Origin: Eledone cirrhosa
Taxonomy: Eukaryota
Direction: 5' to 3'
NCBI GenBank assembly: GCA_964016885.1
Contig: OZ024743.1
Location: 277,264,001 to 277,328,000, forward strand
DNA: 64,000 nucleotides
This document shows positions 11,901 through 24,000 of the stretch, piece after piece; positions within the stretch are counted from its first letter, which is position 1; the number at the start of each line of letters is the position of its first letter. The notes beneath the pieces are model-generated. The model was not told the origin of the DNA and did not search any database. It saw nothing but the letters and a program-made list of their open reading frames with translations. Position numbers and translations under genes: made by a program.

Positions 11901-13960
11901 CGTTGTGGTTGTGGTGGTTGGCGTTTGCCCGTTGTGGTTGGAGTTGTGGTGGTTGTGGTTGGCGTTGTCGTTGTTGTGGTTGGAGTTGTGGTGGTTGTGG
12001 TTGGCGTTGTGGTGGTTGTGGTTGGCGTTTGCCCGGTTGTGGTTGGAGTTGTGGTGGTAGTGGTTGGCGTTGTGGTTGTTGTGGTTGGAGTTGTGGTGGT
12101 TGTGGTTGGCGTTGTGGTGGTTGTGGTTGGCGTTGTGGTGGTTGTGGTTGCCGTTGTGGTTGGCGTTGTGGTGGTTGTGCTTGGAGTTGTGGTGGTTGTG
12201 TTTGGCGTTGTGGTGGTTGTGGTTGGCGTTGTGGTGGTTGTGGTTGGCGTTTGCCCGGTGGTGGTTGACGTTGAGGTGGTTGTGGTTGGAGTTGTGGTGC
12301 TTGTGGTTGGCGTTGTGGTGGTTGTGGTTGGCGTTGTGGTGGTTGTGGTTGGCGTTGTGGTGGTTGTGGTTGGCGTTGTGGTGGTTGTGGTTGGCGTTGT
12401 GGTGGTTGTGGTTGGCGTTGTGGTGGTTGTGGTTGCCGTTGTGGTTGGCGTTGTGGTGGTTGTGCTTGGAGTTGTGGTGGTTGTGTTTGGCGTTGTGGTG
12501 GTTGTGGTTGGCGTTGTGGTGGTTGTGGTTGGCGTTTGCCCGGTGGTGGTTGACGTTGAGGTGGTTGTGGTTGGAGTTGTGGTGCTTGTGGTTGGCGTTG
12601 TGGTGGTTGTGGTTGGCGTTGTGGTGGTTGTGATTGGCGTTGTGGTGGTTGTGGTTGGCGTTGTGGTGGTTGTGGTTGGCGTTATGGTTGTTGTGGTTGG
12701 CGTTGTGTTGGCTGTGGTTGGCGTTGTGGTTGTTGTGTTTGGCGTTGTGGTTGTTGTGGTTGGCGTTGTGGTTGTTGTGGTTGGCGTTGTGGTGGTTGTG
12801 GTTGGCGTTGTGGTGGTTGTTGTTGGCGTTGTGTTGGTTGTGGTTGGCGTTGTGGTGGTTGTGGTTGGCCTTGCGGTGGTTGTGGTTGAAGTTGTGGTGG
12901 TTGTGGTTGGCGTTGTGGTTGTTGTGGTTGGCGTTGTGGTGGTTGTGGTTGGCGTTGTGGTTGGCGTTGTGGGGGTTGTGGTTGGAGTCGTGGTGGTTGT
13001 GGTTGGAGTTGTGGTGGTTGTGGTTGGCGTTGTGGTAGTTGTGGTTGGCGTTGTGGTGGTTGTGGTTGGCGTTGTGGTTGTTGTGGTTGGCGTTATGGTT
13101 GTTGTGGTTGGCGTTGTGGTGGTTGTGGTTGGCGTTGTGGTGGTTGTGGTTGGCGTTGTGGTTGTTGTGGTTGGCGTTGTGGTTGTTGTGGTTGGCGTTG
13201 TGGTGGTTGTGGTTGGAGTTGTGGTGGTTGGCGTTGTGGTTGTTGTGGTTGATGTTGTGGTGGTTATGGATGGCGTTGTGGTTGTTGTGGTTGGCGTTGT
13301 GGTGGTTGTGGTTGGCGTTGTGGTTGTTGTGGTTGGCGTTGTAGTGGTTGTGGTTGAAGTTGTGGTGGTTGTGTTTGGCGTTGTGGTTGTTGTGGTTGGC
13401 GTTGTGGTGGTTGTGGTTGGCGTTGTGGTGGTTGTGGTTGCCGTTGTGGTTGGCGTTGTGGTGGTTGTGGTTGGAGTTGTGGTGGTTGTGGTTGGCGTTG
13501 AGGTGGTTGTGGTTGGAGTTGTGGTGCTTGTGGTTGGCGTTGTGGTGGTTGTGGTTGGCGTTGTGGTGGTTGTGGTTGGCGTTGTGGTGGTTGTGGTTGG
13601 CGTTGTGGTGGTTGTGGTTGGCGTTATGGTTGTTGTGGTTGGCGTTGTGGTGGCTGTGGTTGGCGTTGTGGTTGTTGTCTTTGGCGTTGTGGTTGTTGTG
13701 GTTGGCGTTGTGGTTGTTGTGGTTGGCGTTGTGGTGGTTGTGGTTGGCGTTGTGGTGGTTGTGGTTGGCGTTGTGTTGGTTGTGGTTGGTGTTGTGGTGG
13801 TTGTGGTTGGCCTTGTGGTGGTTGTGGTTGAAGTTGTGGTGGTTGTGGTTGCCGTTGTGGTTGGCGTTGTGGTGGTTGTGGTTGGAGTTGTGGTGGTTGT
13901 GGTTGGCTTTGTGGTGGATGTGGTTGGAGTTGTGGGGGTTGTGGTTGGCGTTGTGGTAGT
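8850..13960. repeat. About 5-kb block with a dispersed copy at about 33075-37990 (offset about 24.0-24.2 kb)
   Basis: Shared private variants: GTTACCGTTGTGGATGGC (about 10817/35043), TTTGCCTTG (about 10776/35002), GGAGTCGTGG (12984/37022). 22-bp markers at 8922/33145 and 11792/36018. Confidence 0.8.
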
Positions 13961-15020
13961 TGTGGTTGGCGTTGTGGTGGTTGTGGTTGACGTTGTGGTG
14001 GTTGTGGTTGGCGTTGTGGTGGTTGTGGTTGCCGTTGTGGTTGGCGTTGTGGTGGTTGTGGTTGGAGTTGTGGTGGTTGTGGTTGGCATTGTGGTGGATG
14101 TGGTTGGAGTTGTGGGGGTTGTGGTTGGCGTTGTGGTAGTTGTGGTTGGCGTTGTGGTGGTTGTGGTTGGAGTTGTTGTGGTTGTGGTTGGCGTTGTGGT
14201 TGTTGTGGTTGGCGTTATGGTTGTTGTGGTTGGCGTTGTGGTGGTTGTGGTTGGCGTTGTGGTGGTTGTGGTTGGAGTTGTGGTGGTTGGTGTTGTGGTT
14301 GTTGTGGTTGATGTTGTGGTGGTTATGGATGGCGTTGTGGTTGTTGTGGTTGGCGTTGTGGTGGTTGTGGTTGGAGTTGTGGTTGTTTTGATTGGCGTTA
14401 TGGTGGTTGTGATTGGCGTTGTGGTGGTTGTGGTTGGCGTTGTGGTGGTTGTGGTTGGCGTTGTGGTTGTTGTGGTTGGCGTTGTGGTTATTATGGATGG
14501 CGTTGTGGTTGTTGTGGTTGGCGTTGTGGTGGTTGTGGTTGGCGTTGTGGTGGTTGTGGTTGGCGTTGTGGTTGTTGTTGTTGCCGTTGTGGTTGGCGTT
14601 GTGGTGGTTGTGGTTGGAGTTGTGGTGGTTGTGGTTGGCGTTGTGGTGGTTGTGGTTGGCGTTGTGGTCGTTGTGGTTGCCGTTGTGGTTGGCGTTGTGG
14701 TGGTTGTGGTTGGAGTTGTGGTGGTTGTAGTTGGCGTTGTGGTGGTTGTGGTTGGCGTTGTGGTTGTTGTGGTTGGCGTTGTGGTGGTTGTGGTTGCCGT
14801 TGTGGTTGGCGTTGTGGTGGTTGTGGTTGGAGTTGTGGTGTTTGTGGTTGGCGTTGTGGTGCTTGTGGTTGCCGTTGTGGTTGGCGTTGTGGTGGTTGTG
14901 GTTGGAGTTGTGGTGCTTGTGGTTGGCGTTGAGGTGGTTGTGGTTGGCGTTGTGGTGTTTGTGGTTGGCGTTGTGGTGGTTGTGGTTGCCGTTGTGGTTG
15001 GCTTTGTGGTGGTTGTGGTT

Positions 15021-18000
15021 GGAGTTGTGGTGCTTGTGGTTGGCGTTGAGGTGGTTGTGGTTGGAGTTGTGGTGCTTGTGGTTGGCGTTGTGGTGGTTGT
15101 GGTTGGCGTTGTGGTGGTTGTGGTTGGCGTTGTGGTGGTTGTGGTTGGCGTTGTGGTGGTTGTGGTTGGTGTTATGGTTGTTGTGGTTGGCGTTGTGGTG
15201 GCTGTGGTTGGCGTTGTGGTTGTTGTGTTTGGCGTTGTGGTTGTTGTGGTTGGCGTTGTGGTTGTTGTGGTTGGCGTTGTGGTGGTTGTGGTTGACGTTG
15301 AGGTGGTTGTGGTTGGCGTTGTGGTTGTTGTGGTTGGCGTTGTGGTGGTTGTGGTTGGCCTTATGGTTGATGTGGTTGGCGTTGTGGTGGTTCTGGTTGG
15401 CGTTGTGGTGGTTGTGGTTGGCGTTGTGGTGGTTGTGGTTGGAGTTGCGGTGGTTGTGGTTGGCGTTGTGGTGGTTGTGAGTGGCGTTGTGGTGGTTGTG
15501 GTTGGCGTTGTGGTTGTTGTGGTTGGCGTTGTGGTGGTGGTGGTTGATCTTATGGTTGTTGTGGTTGGCGTTGTGGTTGTTGTGGTTGGCGTTGTGGTGG
15601 TTGTGGTTGGCGTTGTGGTGGTTGTGGTTGGCTTTGTGGTTGTTGTGGTTGGCGTTGTGGTGGTTGTGGTTGGAGTTGTGGTGGTTGTGGTTGGCGTTGT
15701 GGTTGTTGTGGTTGGCGTTGTGGTGGTTGTGGTTGGAGTTGTGGTTGTTTTGATTGGCGTTATGGTGGTTGTGATTGGCGTTGTGGTGGTTGTGGTTGGC
15801 ATTGTGGTGGTTGTGGTTGGCGTTGTGGTTGTTGTGGTTGGCGTTGTGGTTATTATGGATGGCGTTGTGGTTGTTGTGGTTGGCGTTGTGGTGGTTGTGG
15901 TTGGCGTTGTGGTGGTTGTGGTTGGCGTTGGGGTTGTTGTGGTTTGCGTTGTGGTGCTGGTGGTTGGAGTTGTGGTGGTTGTGGTTGGCGTTGTGGTGGT
16001 TGTGGTTGGCGTTGTGGTGGTTGTGGTTGGCGTTGTGGTGGTTGTGGTTGGCGTTGTGGTGGTTGTGGTTGGCGTTATGGTAGTTGTGGTTGGCGTTGTA
16101 GTGGTTGTGGTTGGGGTTGTGGTTGTTGTTGTTGGCGTTGTGGTGGTTGTGGTTGGTGGTTTTGGTGGTTGTGGTTGGCGTTGTGGTGGTTGTGGTTGGC
16201 GTTGTGGTGGTTGTGGTTGGCGTGGTGGTTGTATGTGGTTGGCGTTGTGGTGGTTGTGGTTGGCGTTGTGGTTGTTGTGGTTGGCGTTTGCCCGGTTGTG
16301 GTTGGAGTTGTGGTGGTTGTGGTTGGCGTTGTCGTTGTTGTGGTTGGAGTTGTGGTGGTTGTGGTTGGCGTTGTGGTGGTTGTGGTTGGCGTTTGCCCGG
16401 TTGTGGTTGGAGTTGTGGTGGGAGTGGTTGGCGTTGTGGTTGTTGTGGTTGGAGTTGTGGTGGTTGTGGTTGGCGTTGTGGTGGTTGTGGTTGGCGTTGT
16501 GGTGGTTGTGGTTGGCGTTGTGGTGGTTGTGGTTGGCGTTGTGGTGGTTGTGGTTGCCATTGTGGTTGGCGTTGTGGTGGTTGTGCTTGGAGTTGTGGTG
16601 GTTGTGTTTGGCGTTGTGGTGGTTGTGGTTGGCGTTGTGGTGGTTGTGGTTGGCGTTTGCCCGGTGGTGGTTGACGTTGAGGTGGTTGTGGTTGGAGTTG
16701 TGGTGCTTGTGGTTGGCGTTGTGGTGGTTGTGGTTGGCGAATTGGTGGTTGTGGTTGGCGTTGTGGTCGTTGTGGTTGGCGTTGTGGTGGTTGTGGTTGG
16801 CGTTATGGTTGTTGTGGTTGGCGTTGTGGTGGCTGTGGTTGGCGTGTGGTTGTTGTGTTTGGCGTTGTGGTTGTTGTGGTTGGCGTTGTGGCTGTTGTGG
16901 TTGGCGTTGTGGTGGTTGTGGTTGGCGTTGTGGTGGTTGTGGTTGGCGTTGTGTTGGTTGTGGTTGGCGTTGTGGTGGTTGTGGTTGGCCTTGCGGTGGT
17001 TGTGGTTGAAGTTGTGGTGGTTGTGGTTGGCGTTGTGGTTGTTGTGGTTGGCGTTGTGGTGGTTGTGGTTGGCGTTGTGGTTGGCGTTGTGGTGGTTGTG
17101 GTTGGAGTTGTGGTGGTTGTGGTTGGAGTTGTGGTGGTTGTGGTTGGCGTTGTGGTAGTTGTGGTTGGCGTTGTGGTGGTTGTGGTTGGCGTTGTGGTTG
17201 TTGTGGTTGGCGTTATGGTTGTTGTGGTTGGCGTTGTGGTGGTTGTGGTTGGCGTTGTGGTGGTTGTGGTTGGCGTTGTGGTTGTTGTGGTTGGCGTTGT
17301 GGTTGTTGTGGTTGGCGTTGTGGTGGTTGTGGTTGGAGTTGTGGTGGTTGGCGTTGTGGTTGTTGTGGTTGATGTTGTGGTGGTTATGGATGGCGTTGTG
17401 GTTGTTGTGGTTAGCGTTGTGGTGGTTGTGGTTGGCGTTGTGGTGGTTGTGGTTGGCGTTGTGGTTGTTGTGGTTGGCGTTGTAGTGGTTGTGGTTGAAG
17501 TTGTGGTGGTTGTGTTTGGCGTTGTGGTGGTTGTGGTTGGCGTTGTGGTGGTTGTGGTTGGCGTTGTGGTGGTTGTGGTTGCCGTTGTGGTTGGCGTTGT
17601 GGTGGTTGTGGTTGGAGTTGTGGTGGTTGTGGTTGGCGTTGAGGTGGTTGTGGTTGGAGTTGTGGTGCTTGTGGTTGGCGTTGTGGTGGTTGTGGTTGGC
17701 GTTGTGGTGGTTGTGGTTGGCGTTGTGGTGGTTGTGGTTGGCGTTGTGGTGGTTGTGGTTGGCGTTATGGTTGTTGTGGTTGGCGTTGTGGTGGCTGTGG
17801 TTGGCGTTGTGGTTGTTGTCTTTGGCGTTGTGGTTGTTGTGGTTGGCGTTGTGGTTGTTGTGGTTGGCGTTGTGGTGGTTGTGGTTGGCGTTGTGGTGGT
17901 TGTGGTTGGCGTTGTGTTGGTTGTGGTTGGTGTTGTGGTGGTTGTGGTTGGCCTTGTGGTGGTTGTGGTTGAAGTTGTGGTGGTTGTGGTTGCCGTTGTG

Positions 18001-21000
18001 GTTGGCGTTGTGGTGGTTGTGGTTGGAGTTGTGGTGGTTGTGGTTGGCTTTGTGGTGGATGTGGTTGGAGTTGTGGGGGTTGTGGTTGGCGTTGTGGTAG
18101 TTGTGGTTGGCGTTGTGGTGGTTGTGGTTGGAGTTGTTGTGGTTGTGGTTGGCGTTGTGGTTGTTGTGGTTGGCGTTATGGTTGTTGTGGTTGGCGTTGT
18201 GGTGGTTGTGGTTGGCGTTGTGGTGGTTGTGGTTGGCGTTGTGGTTGTTGTGGTTGGCGTTGTGGTTGTTGTGGTTGGCGTTGTGGTGGTTGTGGTTGGA
18301 GTTGTGGTGGTTGGCGTTGTGGTTGTTGTGGTTGATGTGGTGGTTATGGATGGCGTTGTGGTTGTTGTGGTTGGCGTTGTGGTGGTTGTGGTTGGCGTTG
18401 TGGTGGTTGTGGTTGGCGTTGTGGTTGTTGTGGTTGGCGTTGTGGTGGTTGTGGTTGGAGTTGTGGTGGTTGTGGTTGGCGTTGTGGTTGTTGTGGTTGG
18501 CGTTGTGGTGGTTGTGGTTGGAGTTGTGGTTGTTTTGATTGGCGTTATGGTGGTTGTGATTGGCGTTGTGGTGGTTGTGGTTGGCATTGTGGTGGTTGTG
18601 GTTGGCGTTGTGGTTGTTGTGGTTGGCGTTGTGGTTATTATGGATGGCGTTGTGGTTGTTGTGGTTGGCGTTGTGGTGGTTGTGGTTGGCGTTGTGGTGG
18701 TTGTGGTTGGCGTTGGGGTTGTTGTGGTTTGCGTTGTCGTGCTGGTGGTTGGAGTTGTGGTGGTTGTGGTTGGCGTTGTGGTGGTTGTGGTTGGCGTTGT
18801 GGTGGTTGTGGTTGGCGTTGTGGTGGTTGTGGTTGGCGTTGTGGTTGTTGTGGTTGGCGTTGTGGTGGTTGTGGTTGGCGTTATGGTAGTTGTGGTTGGC
18901 GTTGTGGTGGTTGTGGTTGGGGTTGTGGTTGTTGTTGTTGGCGTTGTGGTGGTTGTGGTTGGTGGTTTTGGTGGTTGTGGTTGGCGTTGTGGTGGTTGTG
19001 GTTGGCGTTGTGGTGGTTGGCGTTGTGGTTGTTGTGGTTGATGTTGTGGTGGTTATGGATGGCGTTGTGGTTGTTGTGGTTGGCGTTGTGGTGGTTGTGG
19101 TTGGCGTTGTGGTGGTTGTGGTTGGCGTTGTGGTTGTTATGGTTGGCGTTGTGGTGGTTGTGGTTGGAGTTGTGGTGGTTGTGGTTGGCGTTGTGGTTGT
19201 TGTGGTTGGCGTTGTGGTGGTTGTGGTTGGAGTTGTGGTTGTTTTGATTGGCGTTATGGTGGTTGTGATTGGCGTTGTGGTGGTTGTGGTTGGCATTGTG
19301 GTGGTTGTGGTTGGCGTTGTGGTTGTTGTGGTTGGGGTTGTGGTTGTTGTTGGCGTTGTGGTGGTTGTGGTTGGTGGTTTTGGTGGTTGTGGTTGGCGTT
19401 GTGGTGGTTGTGGTTGGCGTTGTGGTGGTTGTGGTTGGCGTGGTGGTTGTATGTGGTTGGCGTTGTGGTGGTTGTGGTTGGCGTTGTGGTTGTTGTGGTT
19501 GGCGTTTGCCCGGTTGTGGTTGGAGTTGTGGTGGTTGTGGTTGGCGTTGTCGTTGTTGTGGTTGGAGTTGTGGTGGTTGTGGTTGGCGTTGTGGTGGTTG
19601 TGGTTGGCGTTTGCCCGGTTGTGGTTGGAGTTGTGGTGGGAGTGGTTGGCGTTGTGGTTGTTGTGGTTGGAGTTGTGGTGGTTGTGGTTGGCGTTGTGGT
19701 GGTTGTGGTTGGCGTTGTGGTGGTTGTGGTTGGCGTTGTGGTGGTTGTGGTTGGCGTTGTGGTGGTTGTGGTTGCCGTTGTGGTTGGCGTTGTGGTGGTT
19801 GTGCTTGGAGTTGTGGTGGTTGTGTTTGGCGTTGTGGTGGTTGTGGTTGGCGTTGTGGTGGTTGTGGTTGGCGTTTGCCCGGTGGTGGTTGACGTTGAGG
19901 TGGTTGTGGTTGGAGTTGTGGTGCTTGTGGTTGGCGTTGTGGTGGTTGTGGTTGGCGTTGTGGTGGTTGTGGTTGGCGTTGTGGTCGTTGTGGTTGGCGT
20001 TGTGGTGGTTGTGGTTGGCGTTATGGTTGTTGTGGTTGGCGTTGTGGTGGCTGTGGTTGGCGTGTGGTTGTTGTGTTTGGCGTTGTGGTTGTTGTGGTTG
20101 GCGTTGTGGTTGTTGTGGTTGGCGTTGTGGTGGTTGTGGTTGGCGTTGTGGTGGTTGTGGTTGGCGTTGTGTTGGTTGTGGTTGGCGTTGTGGTGGTTGT
20201 GGTTGGCCTTGCGGTGGTTGTGGTTGAAGTTGTGGTGGTTGTGGTTGGCGTTGTGGTTGTTGTGGTTGGCGTTGTGGTGGTTGTGGTTGGCGTTGTGGTT
20301 GGCGTTGTGGTGGTTGTGGTTGGAGTTGTGGTGGTTGTGGTTGGAGTTGTGGTGGTTGTGGTTGGCATTGTGGTAGTTGTGGTTGGCGTTGTGGTGGTTG
20401 TGGTTGGCGTTGTGGTTGTTGTGGTTGGCGTTATGGTTGTTGTGGTTGGCGTTGTGGTGGTTGTGGTTGGCGTTGTGGTGGTTGTGGTTGGCGTTGTGGT
20501 TGTTGTGGTTGGCGTTGTGGTTGTTGTGGTTGGCGTTGTGGTGGTTGTGGTTGGAGTTGTGGTGGTTGGCGTTGTGGTTGTTGTGGTTGATGTTGTGGTG
20601 GTTATGGATGGCGTTGTGGTTGTTGTGGTTAGCGTTGTGGTGGTTGTGGTTGGCGTTGTGGTGGTTGTGGTTGGCGTTGTGGTTGTTGTGGTTGGCGTTG
20701 TAGTGGTTGTGGTTGAAGTTGTGGTGGTTGTGTTTGGCGTTGTGGTGGTTGTGGTTGGCGTTGTGGTGGTTGTGGTTGGCGTTGTGGTGGTTGTGGTTGC
20801 CGTTGTGGTTGGCGTTGTGGTGGTTGTGGTTGGAGTTGTGGTGCTTGTGGTTGGCGTTGAGGTGGTTGTGGTTGGAGTTGTGGTGCTTGTGGTTGGCGTT
20901 GTGGTGGTTGTGGTTGGCGTTGTGGTGGTTGTGGTTGGCGTTGTGGTGGTTGTGGTTGGCGTTGTGGTGGTTGTGGTTGGTGTTATGGTTGTTGTGGTTG

Positions 21001-24000
21001 GCGTTGTGGTGGCTGTGGTTGGCGTTGTGGTTGTTGTGTTTGGCGTTGTGGTTGTTGTGGTTGGCGTTGTGGTTGTTGTGGTTGGCGTTGTGGTGGTTGT
21101 GGTTGACGTTGAGGTGGTTGTGGTTGGCGTTGTGGTTGTTGTGGTTGGCGTTGTGGTGGTTGTGGTTGGCCTTATGGTTGATGTGGTTGGCGTTGTGGTG
21201 GTTCTGGTTGGCGTTGTGGTGGTTGTGGTTGGCGTTGTGGTGGTTGTGGTTGGAGTTGCGGTGGTTGTGGTTGGCGTTGTGGTGGTTGTGAGTGGCGTTG
21301 TGGTGGTTGTGGTTGGCGTTGTGGTTGTTGTGGTTGGCGTTGTGGTGGTGGTGGTTGATCTTATGGTTGTTGTGGTTGGCGTTGTGGTTGTTGTGGTTGG
21401 CGTTGTGGTGGTTGTGGTTGGCGTTGTGGTGGTTGTGGTTGGCGTTGTGGTTGTTGTGGTTGGCGTTGTGGTGGTTGTGGTTGGAGTTGTGGTGGTTGTG
21501 GTTGGCGTTGTGGTTGTTGTGGTTGGCGTTGTGGTGGTTGTGGTTGGAGTTGTGGTTGTTTTGATTGGCGTTATGGTGGTTGTGATTGGCGTTGTGGTGG
21601 TTGTGGTTGGCATTGTGGTGGTTGTGGTTGGCGTTGTGGTTGTTGTGGTTGGCGTTGTGGTTATTATGGATGGCGTTGTGGTTGTTGTGGTTGGCGTTGT
21701 GGTGGTTGTGGTTGGCGTTGTGGTGGTTGTGGTTGGCGTTGGGGTTGTTGTGGTTTGCGTTGTGGTGCTGGTGGTTGGAGTTGTGGTGGTTGTGGTTGGC
21801 GTTGTGGTGGTTGTGGTTGGCGTTGTGGTGGTTGTGGTTGGCGTTGTGGTGGTTGTGGTTGGCGTTGTGGTGGTTGTGGTTGGCGTTATGGTAGTTGTGG
21901 TTGGCGTTGTAGTGGTTGTGGTTGGGGTTGTGGTTGTTGTTGTTGGCGTTGTGGTGGTTGTGGTTGGTGGTTTTGGTGGTTGTGGTTGGCGTTGTGGTGG
22001 TTGTGGTTGGCGTTGTGGTGGTTGTGGTTGGCGTGGTGGTTGTATGTGGTTGGCGTTGTGGTGGTTGTGGTTGGCGTTGTGGTTGTTGTGGTTGGCGTTT
22101 GCCCGGTTGTGGTTGGAGTTGTGGTGGTTGTGGTTGGCGTTGTCGTTGTTGTGGTTGGAGTTGTGGTGGTTGTGGTTGGCGTTGTGGTGGTTGTGGTTGG
22201 CGTTTGCCCGGTTGTGGTTGGAGTTGTGGTGGGAGTGGTTGGCGTTGTGGTTGTTGTGGTTGGAGTTGTGGTGGTTGTGGTTGGCGTTGTGGTGGTTGTG
22301 GTTGGCGTTGTGGTGGTTGTGGTTGGCGTTGTGGTGGTTGTGGTTGGCGTTGTGGTGGTTGTGGTTGCCGTTGTGGTTGGCGTTGTGGTGGTTGTGCTTG
22401 GAGTTGTGGTGGTTGTGTTTGGCGTTGTGGTGGTTGTGGTTGGCGTTGTGGTGGTTGTGGTTGGCGTTTGCCCGGTGGTGGTTGACGTTGAGGTGGTTGT
22501 GGTTGGAGTTGTGGTGCTTGTGGTTGGCGTTGTGGTGGTTGTGGTTGGCGTTGTGGTGGTTGTGGTTGGCGTTGTGGTCGTTGTGGTTGGCGTTGTGGTG
22601 GTTGTGGTTGGCGTTATGGTTGTTGTGGTTGGCGTTGTGGTGGCTGTGGTTGGCGTGTGGTTGTTGTGTTTGGCGTTGTGGTTGTTGTGGTTGGCGTTGT
22701 GGCTGTTGTGGTTGGCGTTGTGGTGGTTGTGGTTGGCGTTGTGTTGGTTGTGGTTGGCGTTGTGTTGGTTGTGGTTGGCGTTGTGGTGGTTGTGGTTGGC
22801 CTTGCGGTGGTTGTGGTTGAAGTTGTGGTGGTTGTGGTTGGCGTTGTGGTTGTTGTGGTTGGCGTTGTGGTGGTTGTGGTTGGCGTTGTGGTTGGCGTTG
22901 TGGTGGTTGTGGTTGGAGTTGTGGTGGTTGTGGTTGGAGTTGTGGTGGTTGTGGTTGGCGTTGTGGTAGTTGTGGTTGGCGTTGTGGTGGTTGTGGTTGG
23001 CGTTGTGGTTGTTGTGGTTGGCGTTATGGTTGTTGTGGTTGGCGTTGTGGTGGTTGTGGTTGGCGTTGTGGTGGTTGTGGTTGGCGTTGTGGTTGTTGTG
23101 GTTGGCGTTGTGGTTGTTGTGGTTGGCGTTGTGGTGGTTGTGGTTGGAGTTGTGGTGGTTGGCGTTGTGGTTGTTGTGGTTGATGTTGTGGTGGTTATGG
23201 ATGGCGTTGTGGTTGTTGTGGTTAGCGTTGTGGTGGTTGTGGTTGGCGTTGTGGTGGTTGTGGTTGGCGTTGTGGTTGTTGTGGTTGGCGTTGTAGTGGT
23301 TGTGGTTGAAGTTGTGGTGGTTGTGTTTGGCGTTGTGGTGGTTGTGGTTGGCGTTGTGGTGGTTGTGGTTGGCGTTGTGGTGGTTGTGGTTGCCGTTGTG
23401 GTTGGCGTTGTGGTGGTTGTGGTTGGAGTTGTGGTGGTTGTGGTTGGCGTTGAGGTGGTTGTGGTTGGAGTTGTGGTGCTTGTGGTTGGCGTTGTGGTGG
23501 TTGTGGTTGGCGTTGTGGTGGTTGTGGTTGGCGTTGTGGTGGTTGTGGTTGGCGTTGTGGTGGTTGTGGTTGGCGTTATGGTTGTTGTGGTTGGCGTTGT
23601 GGTGGCTGTGGTTGGCGTTGTGGTTGTTGTCTTTGGCGTTGTGGTTGTTGTGGTTGGCGTTGTGGTTGTTGTGGTTGGCGTTGTGGTGGTTGTGGTTGGC
23701 GTTGTGGTGGTTGTGGTTGGCGTTGTGTTGGTTGTGGTTGGTGTTGTGGTGGTTGTGGTTGGCCTTGTGGTGGTTGTGGTTGAAGTTGTGGTGGTTGTGG
23801 TTGCCGTTGTGGTTGGCGTTGTGGTGGTTGTGGTTGGAGTTGTGGTGGTTGTGGTTGGCTTTGTGGTGGATGTGGTTGGAGTTGTGGGGGTTGTGGTTGG
23901 CGTTGTGGTAGTTGTGGTTGGCGTTGTGGTGGTTGTGGTTGGAGTTGTTGTGGTTGTGGTTGGCGTTGTGGTTGTTGTGGTTGGCGTTATGGTTGTTGTG